Source: Caecitellus pseudoparvulus (lineage: Eukaryota > Protista > Bigyra: Bicosoecida). From it: a stretch of 64,000 bases of DNA. The notes beneath the pieces were generated by a model. The model had not been told where the DNA came from. It saw only the letters and a program-made list of their open reading frames with translations, and did not search any database. Made by a program: the position numbers and the translations under genes. This document shows, piece by piece, positions 7,373 through 17,500 of this stretch. Numbering within the stretch: position 1 is the stretch's first letter; every line of letters starts with the position of its first letter. The stretch lies in contig CBFFRQ010000180.1 in the NCBI GenBank assembly GCA_965644315.1, forward strand, positions 1 to 64,000, written 5' to 3'.

Positions 7373-9271
7373 ATGTTTAATAATGTTAAGAATCAGTATG
7401 AAATGAATAAATTGATTGTATATAATGAACCACAAACAACAGCAAACGTGGCAAGATTAAAAGAAGCTATTAATTTTTTTTCAACTGCGGGGACTGCTTT
7501 TGGAACTCAAGATACTATCAACGCAAATACTGCTTATAAAGCTATGTTTTTTTCTCAACCTTTAAAAGATGTTTTAAAAGCTCCTGACGATATGGGGACA
7601 TATTCACGATTAAATTTAAATTATTATTGTGAAATTGAAACAACAGAAAACGAACAATTAAATTTAAATGTTAGGTTAGATTATTACGATAAAGACCAAA
7701 ATTATATTTCATCTAGTAATGAAGCGGATATTTTAAACACCGATCATTTAATCGATATTCAAGTCATAGGGGACGCCCTACAATTTCCAGAAAATACAAA
7801 ATATATTTATTTATCGGCTAAAAATAACGCAAACTTTAATACAACATTTAAATTTAAACATGCTAATTGTAAAACTTCAACCGCTCAAGAAGTATTATTA
7901 GAAGACCCGCCCACGAATTCAAATCGTTTATTTGTTATTTTAGGTAACAGCACACAAGGAACACCAGCACCAATACCCCCAACTAATCCTAGTTATGAAA
8001 CGGTCACCCTTGATAAAGCCTCTAACCCTTCTTTAATCTTTGATAATGGTTCATCAACAATGGATTTAACATATAATAGCGATAATGAATTAAATATTAA
8101 CGGAAATTTAGGATTTGGTGGAACTGAAGTTTTACTAAATCAAGATAACACAAATAAAATTTTAACTTTATCTTCTAAAACCGCCTCAACCGCTCAATTT
8201 AGAATTGGAAACGACCCAAATAAACAACTAACATATTTTTATAATACAGGGGCTATTTATTTAAGCCCTAGTTGTCGTATTTTCCAAACTGACACCGCCA
8301 ATAATGATGATTGTTTAACCAATAAAGCTTATGTTGATAATTTAATTAATACATGTGTCCAACTTACAGGAAATCAAAGTGTAGCAGGAAATAAGACATT
8401 TTCAGGAATTACAAGCATAGAGGCTTTATTAGATATGAATAATAATAAAATTGAAAATGTGGCAAATCCTACTTTAGGAACTGACGCCGCAAATAAATCT
8501 TATGTTGATAGTGTGGCGGGTGGTGGTAATTTTAATACAAATATTAATATGAATGGTAATGATATTGAAGACGCTGGAGAGATTCAAGCGGATAAATTAA
8601 CCTTAATTCGTCCTGATGGTTCGTTAATTGCTGGTTGGATTGAATTAGCAACACAAGAAACACGATATGTGAATATGTCTGGTGGTTCTAGCAGTGAGCA
8701 CGCTTTTTATTGTAATAATTCAGGCGGAATGGTTCAACGCTTTGCAGTCACTAATACTGAACTTAAAACAAATGTAAAATTAGATATGGGTAATAGGAAT
8801 ATTGAATGGTTAAGAAACGCTACCACACAATATGAAGCAACAAATTACGGGCAATTATTAGAAAGAACGGCAAATTTTCAAAGTTATAAAATAACCCTTA
8901 ATGATGTTTTCACCGCTAACACGTGGAAAACGTATGTTATGGATGATGTAATCCCTATTGAATCATATCAAACAGGAACTTATATTTTATCTGCTACTAT
9001 AAATTTAGTAATAGACGGACCAGGACAAACTACAGCCGTTGTATTTGGTAGATTAACTACCCCCGCTTCTGCTTCAGGTGTTGATACAACTATAGGGCGA
9101 ATTTTTATGGAGGCTGAGGCATCTAAAAACTATGGACAAATTACATTAAGTAAAGTTATGTCCATATCTTCAGCAGGTAATTTTCCCACTTGGAATGTAT
9201 CAGTCAAAAGTGATATAAACGAAAATATAGACGTTGAAATAACATATAAAATGGATAGAATATCAAATTAA
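7373..9271 (+). CDS. Putative virion fibre/spike-like protein (element B)
   Basis: Asn/Thr/Gly-rich; TNKAYVD, MNNNKIENVANPTLGTDAANKSYVD and MGNRNIEWL...ATNYGQL fibre-type repeats; directly downstream of the MCP. Confidence 0.6.
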   Translation: MFNNVKNQYEMNKLIVYNEPQTTANVARLKEAINFFSTAGTAFGTQDTINANTAYKAMFFSQPLKDVLKAPDDMGTYSRLNLNYYCEIETTENEQLNLNVRLDYYDKDQNYISSSNEADILNTDHLIDIQVIGDALQFPENTKYIYLSAKNNANFNTTFKFKHANCKTSTAQEVLLEDPPTNSNRLFVILGNSTQGTPAPIPPTNPSYETVTLDKASNPSLIFDNGSSTMDLTYNSDNELNINGNLGFGGTEVLLNQDNTNKILTLSSKTASTAQFRIGNDPNKQLTYFYNTGAIYLSPSCRIFQTDTANNDDCLTNKAYVDNLINTCVQLTGNQSVAGNKTFSGITSIEALLDMNNNKIENVANPTLGTDAANKSYVDSVAGGGNFNTNINMNGNDIEDAGEIQADKLTLIRPDGSLIAGWIELATQETRYVNMSGGSSSEHAFYCNNSGGMVQRFAVTNTELKTNVKLDMGNRNIEWLRNATTQYEATNYGQLLERTANFQSYKITLNDVFTANTWKTYVMDDVIPIESYQTGTYILSATINLVIDGPGQTTAVVFGRLTTPASASGVDTTIGRIFMEAEASKNYGQITLSKVMSISSAGNFPTWNVSVKSDINENIDVEITYKMDRISN

Positions 9272-9289
9272 ATTATATATGTTTTTATA

Positions 9290-9562
9290 ATGATTATTGA
9301 TATTAAGAAAAGTAATAGAAAAAATAAACGTTTTATGGCTTTATTTCATGATGGAACTAAAACACATTTTGGATATGATGGAGGTAAAACATATTTAGAC
9401 CATAAAGATAAAAAAAAGCGTGATAATTACAGAAAAAGACACGAAAAAGATTTATTAACATATGACCCTAAAAGAGCCGGTTATTTATCCTATTTTTTAT
9501 TATGGGGTGATGATGATAATTTAAAGGATGCCGTTGAAACATATAATAAAATGTTTTTTTAA
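9290..9562 (+). CDS. Small basic protein of a family common in giant viruses/virophages (DUF5754-like)
   Basis: KSNRKNKRFM...THFG...YLDHKD..KRDNYRKRH...AGYLSYFLLWG; its 3' end also matches window positions 1-17, implying the same gene upstream in A. Confidence 0.7.
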   Translation: MIIDIKKSNRKNKRFMALFHDGTKTHFGYDGGKTYLDHKDKKKRDNYRKRHEKDLLTYDPKRAGYLSYFLLWGDDDNLKDAVETYNKMFF

Positions 9563-9596
9563 TTTTTTTAAATATTTTTTTCTCTAGGTTTTTAAT

Positions 9597-10421
9597 ATGG
9601 ATAGATTCATTTTTAATTATAATGGTAATAAATATCTAGAAACAAAGAAATATTTAAATGATTTTGTTGAAAATTCTAATTTTGATTATATTGCTGAACC
9701 TTGTGCCGGTATTTTTGGATTTAGTAGATATTATTTTTTAAAACATAAAGATAATGATAATATTAAATTTTTAATTAATGATATTGACCCACATATAATT
9801 AAATTTTATAATGATTTAAAAAATGATTTTGATGGAACAATAAATTATATTATTGATTATAAAAATAAATTATATAATGAATTAGAACTAAATAAAGAAA
9901 CAAACGATAAAAAAATTTCAATATATTTAAAAAATAAACAAAAAAAAACAAAATATGAAAATTACTTATTAAAATTAATATCTGCTAAATGTCTTGGTCT
10001 TTGTGGAATGGATAAATTTGAAACAAAAATAAATAATTTTTTGAAAAAAAAAGAAGATTATATTAAAATGTTTTCAAAATGTGAATTTTCTAATTTAGAA
10101 CTTAACGATTTTTTAAAACTAACTAAAAAGAAATATAAAAATAAAAAAATATTATATTATTTTGACCCTCCTTATTTTAATTCTTGTAATACTGAATACG
10201 CATACACTTTCAAAGAAAAAGATAAAAAAATAAAATATACCGATGGAACAACGATTTATTTAGATATTTATAAATTTATGAATGATAATAAAAATTGTTT
10301 ATTTGTTATGAATAAAATCGACGTTTTGAACTACATTTTTAAAAAATTTTATTATGAAGAATACGGGGGAATTTATCAAATTAATAAAAATAAAAAAGTT
10401 CATATTATATATAAATCATAA
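9597..10421 (+). CDS. N6-adenine DNA methyltransferase (element B)
   Basis: Same motifs and length as 53-877. Confidence 0.88.
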   Translation: MDRFIFNYNGNKYLETKKYLNDFVENSNFDYIAEPCAGIFGFSRYYFLKHKDNDNIKFLINDIDPHIIKFYNDLKNDFDGTINYIIDYKNKLYNELELNKETNDKKISIYLKNKQKKTKYENYLLKLISAKCLGLCGMDKFETKINNFLKKKEDYIKMFSKCEFSNLELNDFLKLTKKKYKNKKILYYFDPPYFNSCNTEYAYTFKEKDKKIKYTDGTTIYLDIYKFMNDNKNCLFVMNKIDVLNYIFKKFYYEEYGGIYQINKNKKVHIIYKS

Positions 10422-10480
10422 AGATAAATAAATTATTAAAGACGAGTAAATAAAAAAATAAAAAATCTCTAGTATAATAT

Positions 10481-11044
10481 ATGAATTTAGAAACAGGATT
10501 AATGGTAGGCGGCGCCTTAGTATCGTTAGGCGTTAAAAGCTCTTATAATTGTTGGAAAAATGGAAGAGCTAAAAAATTTAAAGCAGTAAAATTTGGGGCT
10601 GTCGTGATGAGCTCTAAAACTGGAAAAAGTAGAATGTGCGAAAAATTAAAAGGCAATAATAAAGTTCTTTTAGTTGATGTTGAAGAAAGCGTAGAACGTG
10701 AAAATTCGGTAAATTCTAACGTTAATTATTTAGTAAAAGCTAAAGAATATGTTAATAAATTAAAAAAAGATTTAAAAGACCACTCGTTATTATTGGTTGT
10801 TTCTTCTATTGATGAGGCTAAATTTCTTGGTGTTGAAGATAAAGCAATCGTATGCTTAACCCCTTCTAATGATTTATTTAGAAAAATCACGCAAAATATC
10901 CCCGCTGATGAATTAAAAAAGGTTGAATCTAACAGATTAGAATTAATCAGCAGCTGCGGTCAAGATTTATTGAATATCTTTTCTTCTTATGATGAATTAT
11001 ATAATGTTATTAAAGCTACTTTCAAATTATCAAATAAATTTTAG
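10481..11044 (+). CDS. Hypothetical protein with degenerate P-loop-like motif (element B)
   Basis: Near-identical to 937-1500. Confidence 0.7.
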   Translation: MNLETGLMVGGALVSLGVKSSYNCWKNGRAKKFKAVKFGAVVMSSKTGKSRMCEKLKGNNKVLLVDVEESVERENSVNSNVNYLVKAKEYVNKLKKDLKDHSLLLVVSSIDEAKFLGVEDKAIVCLTPSNDLFRKITQNIPADELKKVESNRLELISSCGQDLLNIFSSYDELYNVIKATFKLSNKF

Positions 11045-11142
11045 ACCTAATAAAAATATAGGGTTTTTATTAAGACGCTCTTAAGGTGTTAAATAAAAAA
11101 GTAAAAAACAAAAAATAAGAGACAAAAATAAAAAACTAATTT
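11045..11142 (+). pseudogene. Decayed remnant of the 155-aa gene of element A
   Basis: GACGCTCTTAAGGTGTTAAA...AAGAGACAAA (from 11074) aligns to GACGCTCTCAAAGGTGTTAAA...AAGAGACAAA (from 1642); start, promoter and 3' part are missing. Confidence 0.55.
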
Positions 11143-11176
11143 TAAATATATTTTCATAATGTTTATAAAAATATAT

Positions 11177-11638
11177 TTATATTTTAATCTTTTCTATTGG
11201 TTTAAGTTTTGAAATGGGTATTTCTAAATGAAGTTTTACAATATCTCTATCATGCCTACATATATTTTTAATATTGAATTTATCAAATACTTTTGATTTA
11301 TACTTAATATAATATAAACCATCAATAAAATTAAAAAGAAAATAAAAACGTTTCTTAGGATTTTGTAATTTTTCGGCTTTTATATGTCTTATCTTCTCTA
11401 TATTTATTATGGTTGTTGGGTATTTGTTATATGTGTTGTTTCTGCTTTTTAATTCTATATTATATTTTCCATCTTTTGTTATAAAGTCAAAATGATTAAA
11501 AAAATCTGTTGTTTTATAAAATTTATTTTTGGTTATTTTATTGAGTCTTTCTAAAACTTGGCGTTCTTTATTAAATCCTTCATCTCTTGATTTATTAAGA
11601 CTATTTATATATTTTTGAGTTGGTTTTATAAAATCCAT
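11177..11638 (-). CDS. PD-(D/E)xK-family endonuclease-like protein (element B)
   Basis: HFDFITKDGKYNIELKSR; homologue of 2033-2482. Confidence 0.7.
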   Translation of the reverse strand: MDFIKPTQKYINSLNKSRDEGFNKERQVLERLNKITKNKFYKTTDFFNHFDFITKDGKYNIELKSRNNTYNKYPTTIINIEKIRHIKAEKLQNPKKRFYFLFNFIDGLYYIKYKSKVFDKFNIKNICRHDRDIVKLHLEIPISKLKPIEKIKI

Positions 11639-11669
11639 ATATCATGCTTTAGAAAATAATTTTAAAGAA

Positions 11670-12734
11670 TTATTTTTTCTTAGAGTTTTTATATATTTTA
11701 TATTTTTTAACTAAATCTGGTATTTGTGAATTTATGATCTGGGCTGGTTCGTATGTTTGTTTTTTGTATCCCTTCCATTTTATACGGTAATATTTCTTAT
11801 TCTTAATCTTTTTCTCTCCTGTTATCTTCTCTACTTCGTATCGTTTATTATCTTCGTCTTCTTCTGGTTCCTCTTCTGGTTCTTCTATTAATAAAAGCTG
11901 GTTTCGTGTGTATCCTGTATTATCTATTCCTTCAATTGTATATATTGGCGGTTGTCCCGGTGTAATCAAAACACCCTCTATTTTTCTTATCTTATCTACT
12001 TCGTATCTTATATCGCCTGTTCTAAATGTTCCGTGTAATCTTTCACCCTTTATATTTTGTGGATAATCTAAAATAACTTTTACTAAATCTCCACGTTTCA
12101 ATATATCTTTTGGTATATATGGCATTTTAAAAAATTCTTTAATTCCTATTTTTGGTTTTTCTAAAATATATTTATTATATAGTTTCATGATATCAGGGAT
12201 AATATTAGCCCACTCGTTTGTGGTTTGTCCGTGTATTAATTCATATTGTTTATGTTTTAGTGATATTATACGCCCTAACGTTTTATTTAGTGCTTCAACA
12301 ACTGCTGTTTGTCTATGTCTTGAAACTCTTGAATTTTTTAAGGTCGCATTTTTTGGATTATTGAAATATTCTTTAACGTGTCCTTTAAATTCTGTCCCGT
12401 CATCTGTTTTAAATATCACGGATGGAGGGTTTAAATATTTTCGTTTCCATATTCTTTTTAACGCTTTTAATACTGTTTCACTCTTCTTATTTTTTAATGG
12501 CTCAGCGTCGGCAGCTTTTGTCGCCACATCTACCACCACTAATAAATATATATAATTATTATCATTTGGTAAGAATAATAAATCAGCCTGTTGGATACTA
12601 TCTTTTATTAATGCTTTATGTGTTGGTATTTCTTCTCCTTTGTCCTTCTTTGGTGGTTTGGTTAATCTTGATATTTTTGATTTTTTGGAATCTTTCAAAA
12701 TCTTCAAATCTTTTAATATTTTATCTGATATCAT
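11670..12734 (-). CDS. rve integrase with chromodomain (element B)
   Basis: QADL, TDDGTEF, VVEALNKTL; YEVEKI...IKWKGYKKQTYEP. Confidence 0.95.
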   Translation of the reverse strand: MISDKILKDLKILKDSKKSKISRLTKPPKKDKGEEIPTHKALIKDSIQQADLLFLPNDNNYIYLLVVVDVATKAADAEPLKNKKSETVLKALKRIWKRKYLNPPSVIFKTDDGTEFKGHVKEYFNNPKNATLKNSRVSRHRQTAVVEALNKTLGRIISLKHKQYELIHGQTTNEWANIIPDIMKLYNKYILEKPKIGIKEFFKMPYIPKDILKRGDLVKVILDYPQNIKGERLHGTFRTGDIRYEVDKIRKIEGVLITPGQPPIYTIEGIDNTGYTRNQLLLIEEPEEEPEEDEDNKRYEVEKITGEKKIKNKKYYRIKWKGYKKQTYEPAQIINSQIPDLVKKYKIYKNSKKK

Positions 12735-12772
12735 TAATAATATATATATATTAATATATTATTATTGATTAT

Positions 12773-13330
12773 TTAAAATTTATGGTCTGGGTATTCTTCC
12801 TTCAAATACTGGATTAAATCTTCTTTTGTCTCGTATCTGGTATAAAATCCATTGTTCTTTATTCTGTTTATCATCTTCATAAAAAATTCATCTTTTAAAA
12901 GTTCTTTTAATTCATAAGATATAGTTTTTATATTTTTTGGAATTTTTGGTAATATTTGAGATTTTAAAATATAATGTTGATGAACGAAAGCTTCCGGGCA
13001 GTTTGTCCCTAGTGTATCAATAATAAATTGTCTCTTTGGTAAATCATCAATATATAAATTTATAACTTCTAATAAATCTATTAATTTTTCAAAAGTTTTT
13101 ATTTTATTTCTTATATCCTCTGTTTCTGCTTCAACTTCTAATTTAACCTTCTCTAAATTCTCAAGCTTGGTTTCTTTTCTTATTTTTATTGATGGTTCAT
13201 TAAAAATAGAATAATAAAAAAAATACGAATAATCCTCAATTTTACAATAATTATTTATCAAAGCGTGATATTTGTTGAGCTCTCTTTTATGTATACTTAA
13301 TAATGTCTTTAGACTTTTCAAAGTTTTCAT
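12773..13330 (-). CDS. Hypothetical viral protein (element B)
   Basis: Homologue of 3601-4158. Confidence 0.75.
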   Translation of the reverse strand: MKTLKSLKTLLSIHKRELNKYHALINNYCKIEDYSYFFYYSIFNEPSIKIRKETKLENLEKVKLEVEAETEDIRNKIKTFEKLIDLLEVINLYIDDLPKRQFIIDTLGTNCPEAFVHQHYILKSQILPKIPKNIKTISYELKELLKDEFFMKMINRIKNNGFYTRYETKEDLIQYLKEEYPDHKF

Positions 13331-13561
13331 ATATATTATATATATTTAGAATATTTTTTTTTTAAATTATATTTTATATTTAAATAAATTAGTTTTATAA
13401 AAAATTTTATCTAGGATATTATATATATCAAGATGTAATTTAAAAATTATTTCAAATCGATTTGAGTTGTCAATGAGCCATTTTCCATTATATTATATTA
13501 TATAATTGTATTTTTTATTGAATACATTATTTTTTTATAAATATTAATTATCAATTAATAA

Positions 13562-14101
13562 TTATAAAAAATCCTCTTTTGATATATTATTAAATATTCC
13601 TAATCTTTCAGCATTATCAGGATGATAAACAACCATTATTAATTCATCTAATACATTTTTATATTTTCTTTTGTGTTTTTCTTTACATTTTAATATTTTG
13701 ATATATTCTTTTAATGTATTAGAAGACCATTTAAAATTTTCAAATATTTCTATTAAATCATAAAAAAACTCTTTGTCATTTTCTATTCCTTCAATGCTCC
13801 ATTCTTTTTCTGGAAATTTAAAAATCCAATCAATACTAAACTTTTTAAATTTATGTAATACTGTAAAATTTAAATTACCATCATCAAATTTTTTTATTAA
13901 ATCAATGGTTAATCCTGATTTTTTAATATTCTTAATATCTTCAATTGTAATTTTTGAATTATCAGCCCCTCTAAATCTCGTAGCTTGAATAAATTTATTT
14001 CTTACGCATTCTATATTTTCACAACAAGTTAATAAAATATCATCTTCTATATTTTTACAATGTAATATATTTTGATATAAGTTAAAATTCATTATATACA
14101 T
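13562..14101 (-). CDS. Hypothetical protein (element B), orthologue of 4340-4876
   Basis: Aligned over its full length; ...VYHPDNAERLG C-terminus. Confidence 0.75.
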   Translation of the reverse strand: MYIMNFNLYQNILHCKNIEDDILLTCCENIECVRNKFIQATRFRGADNSKITIEDIKNIKKSGLTIDLIKKFDDGNLNFTVLHKFKKFSIDWIFKFPEKEWSIEGIENDKEFFYDLIEIFENFKWSSNTLKEYIKILKCKEKHKRKYKNVLDELIMVVYHPDNAERLGIFNNISKEDFL

Positions 14102-14130
14102 TATATATATTAATATAAATAATTATCTTA

Positions 14131-14454
14131 AAACCCTTTTAAAATGTGAGAGAATGTTTTTTATTATATATTCGCACACACTCCACGCACTTTGTAGGAT
14201 TCAGGGTTAAGGGATTAAGGGATTAAGGGATTAAGTGATAAGGGTTATATTAAATTTAGGGTTATATTATATATGAATAAGTGATATTGAATGAATCTTT
14301 TTATTTTGGCTTTTCGTCTCCTTTGATTGTTTCTGGAATAGGTAGATTGGATGGATGCTTGATTGCTTCAATTTTATTTTGATTGATTGTTGATGAAGTG
14401 TTAAGAAGAGATTTAAAAAAAATATATATATATATATTTATTATATTTTTTATA
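14131..14454. repeat. First piece of element B right terminal region (probable TIR)
   Basis: Aligns to A from 5713 up to ...TTATATTTTTTATA, where H1 is inserted. Confidence 0.75.
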
Positions 14455-14581
14455 CTAGAAGACCTAGATCGCCGCCTAGCGCGGCTCACAACACCAACAA
14501 CGGCCTGGCCATTATGTGTTGGTGTTGGGTCTGGCACAGACCACTGATCAAGGTTCAGATCAAGGACTTGAGAAGTGCATT

Positions 14582-17500
14582 TTAAACCAGTCCCTTACGT
14601 CGGCACATGTCCAGAAAAGCAGAGCTTGACACCTTCAGTTCTGCCAAAAAGTCTTGAAGTCGTTTGGGCCAAACCGACGTCGTTGGGTACTCTGCTTTGT
14701 ACCGCTCAGCATTGTGTGGTAGAATGATCATGTCGTCCAGGCGGCGGGTCCTGGACAATGCAACAAAGGCGAGGCCATGTGTCGGGACTGCATCCCTGAG
14801 GTCTACGACACAGCGGTCTAAAGTTAGGCCTTGAGCCTTGTGAACAGTCCGAGCTACATCTGGTTTCAAGGCAAGTTGAGAGCGTGTGCACTTGACTGTC
14901 CGTCCGGACTCTTGAACTGTGAACGAAGACGAGACAACAGGTACAGGAATGACTCGAGGAATTCCTTCGAGTACTGAGGGCCCTGAGTAAGGTGGATCCA
15001 TCTGCACCAGTGCTGCAACAACATGTTTGGAAGTGATCAATGACACGTTGCTGGTGATTGCCTGGTTCTTCAGTATGACAGCTTTCAGAATTCCTCTGCT
15101 CCCATTACCGAGACCCGCCTCTACCCACAGGTTCCTGGTCAGGTGAACAGGCATGTCAACTGCCACTGGGAGAGGGTGCATCAGGCCAGCATCTGATGCT
15201 GATGCTTGTGTGGCAGCTTTTCCACCAAATGGATGATGGGCAGATATCACCATCTTGTCGGAGAAGCTTGCCCAAATGGATAAGCTGTAAGCAACAACTT
15301 GCCTGTTGGTCGAGAAGAGATGCATGCACCTTGAAAATTGACGTTCCACCGCTGGTGGAAGCGTGAGAACTGACGGGGATCTGGACTTGATGAGGTCCAC
15401 ATGTCGCTGCGTCGCCTTCTTCTCTCGAATGGCTAGAAGAGCATCTCTCCACTCGGACTGATCATGTGCTTGCTGACGTTCGATCTTAGCTAGTTCAAAC
15501 TTTACAGAAAATAGCGACGTGAAGAGTCCAAGACCATGTTCGTGTTGAATCCTTGACATGCCACTCTGTCTTGAAGGGGTTGTGCCTCTTGTTGTGGAAG
15601 ACAGCAGAGAGGCAGCGGCCACTGGTGGAATTTGGCCGAAGTCCCCCACAAGGACAACATGTAGTCCTCCGAAAGGCTTGTCAACCTGAAATAGCTGCCT
15701 GCAGCGAGCTTCAAGGCGACCAAAAAGCGAGGTCGATACCATGGAGATCTCATCCACGATGAGTATGCTGGGGGCTGTGCCTTCAGAAGACATGGACGCC
15801 TTCAGTCGCTCAGCTGCGAGGCTGTCAAGGACTGGCATGTCTTCATGCCAACTGAGCTGGACTGGGATTTCAAAGGCACTGTGAATGGTCTTACCTGATA
15901 TGTTAATCGCTGCCACTCCGGAAGGAGCAACCCTCAGCACTTCTGACTGCCACCGCGATGAAATGGCGTTGATGGTGAATGACTTTCCTGTTCCTGCTGT
16001 CCCGTGCAAAAGCATTAAGCATTGTGTTCCACTCTCACAGCAGAAATCCAAGTATCGTATGACACACTTCTGCCCAAGATTCAGTTGTTCGAAGGAAACG
16101 TTCTCTTGCTGAAGTCGCCACTCAGGGTGACTTGCCATGTCGTCTTTTTGAAGCTGCAGCCAGCCATTCAGAGAGTTCCTTTCGACAACCGAATCAACCA
16201 AGAGTTCTTGGGCGATGGCCTCTACTTCTGCCGCACATGATCCAGCATGTAGAAGTTCTTCGATTGTGCTTAGTGTGTCACTGACTGTGCTGTCCTGAAA
16301 AGCTGCCGCGAATGCGTCCCCAACATAGTCACTGTCTTCGAGAGGTTGAAGCTTCGGTGGATCAGATCCTGAAAGGAGGCTGTGCTCCGCCCAGCACGCC
16401 TCAGCAAGTCCATGAGACGTGATCAATCGCTGCTGCTGCAGTCGCGTGTCAGACTGCGAAAGTGCAGGTATCTCAGGATGTGCAGCAATGAACGCCTCCC
16501 ATGATTCAATACACGCTTCAGCTCGGTCTTGTTCGCTGCCTTGCAACGGCATATCAAGCTCGGGTCTGCCAACTGCTTCTTCGAAGAAAGCGCCCTCGTG
16601 CCAGCATTTGTACTTTTTGAGCTGGTTCTTGCAATAGTCAGCATACAGAGAGGATCCTTGAGACGCAATAATGCTGGGCCGAAACACAGGGAGAACTGGC
16701 TTGGAAAAGAACGTCTCACTCAAGATAGGAGATCGTGCAACATGGTCTTGAAGAAGTGTGAGGGGAACGCCTTGACCGCCTTTCCATCGCCTGTACAATA
16801 CGTCTCCTACAGTGCGACCTTGATTTCGAGTGCGCAGGCTTGAGTGCCGCTTCATCGGACCAAAGGCATGATCCTTGAAGAACTCAAGCAAAGTTGCATC
16901 CCTAATCCTGGTCAAGAGCTCAATGGAGCTTTCACACTCTGACACCCACTTCATACGTTTTGCATACGCTTGAAGCCCCGTGACCGCGACAGCTTGACCT
17001 TCTTCAGCTATGGTTGACTGTCGAGCTGGCTGAGGCACCTCTTCAGTCCCTCCAATTAGCCCCCCTCTGTTTGTGATCCCCACATTCTCGAAACCAAAAG
17101 TAGAGTACACAATCTTTGCTCCCCTTAGATGATGACTAGCTTCTTGAATGCTAACGTCTCTGGGACTAGACATGCGCATCAGCAGTGATGAAATGGTTCC
17201 CACCAAGGCCGCCCTTCTTGCCTGATCAGGCATGTCTGCGGTCGAGGTTAGCGTGCGGACTCTGTTTGGAGCTGCAAGAACTTTTGGAAGAAGCTCACTG
17301 AATGACAAAGACGGAACTTCTGGCTTGCAACCATACTTTGCAAGGTATGTTATCATGGCTGGCATATCCAACACGAGCTTCACATCAATATTTGCTCTCC
17401 ACGAAGCAAGCATTGTCTTGTTGTAGCCATTCATGAACGGATGATCCCTCTTTGTCTGGAGTTGGGTCTTGAAGAGGGGTGTGTGCACAAGATGTGCATC

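Noticed and set aside
7373-9271. Minor capsid (penton) protein
   Set aside because: Length and fibre-type repeats do not fit a single jelly-roll penton.
1-14454. Assembly duplication (1-6030 vs 9546-14454)
   Set aside because: The copies differ by many substitutions and by gene content, which indicates two distinct elements.
1-14454. Bacterial or phage contamination, or chimeric contig
   Set aside because: Virophage MCP, rve-chromodomain integrase and base-precise junctions with Helitrons and host DNA fit genuine integration. Read-level confirmation is still advisable.
53-14454. GATC avoidance as evidence of methyltransferase/nuclease specificity
   Set aside because: GATC occurs in element B (near 6563, 7742, 11736), and depletion cannot be judged by eye in such AT-rich DNA.
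14301-14537. Short ORFs 14301-14537 and 36169-36357 sharing PDPTPT...RARRRSRSSS
   Set aside because: They are translations of the conserved non-coding Helitron 3' end crossing the insertion junction.
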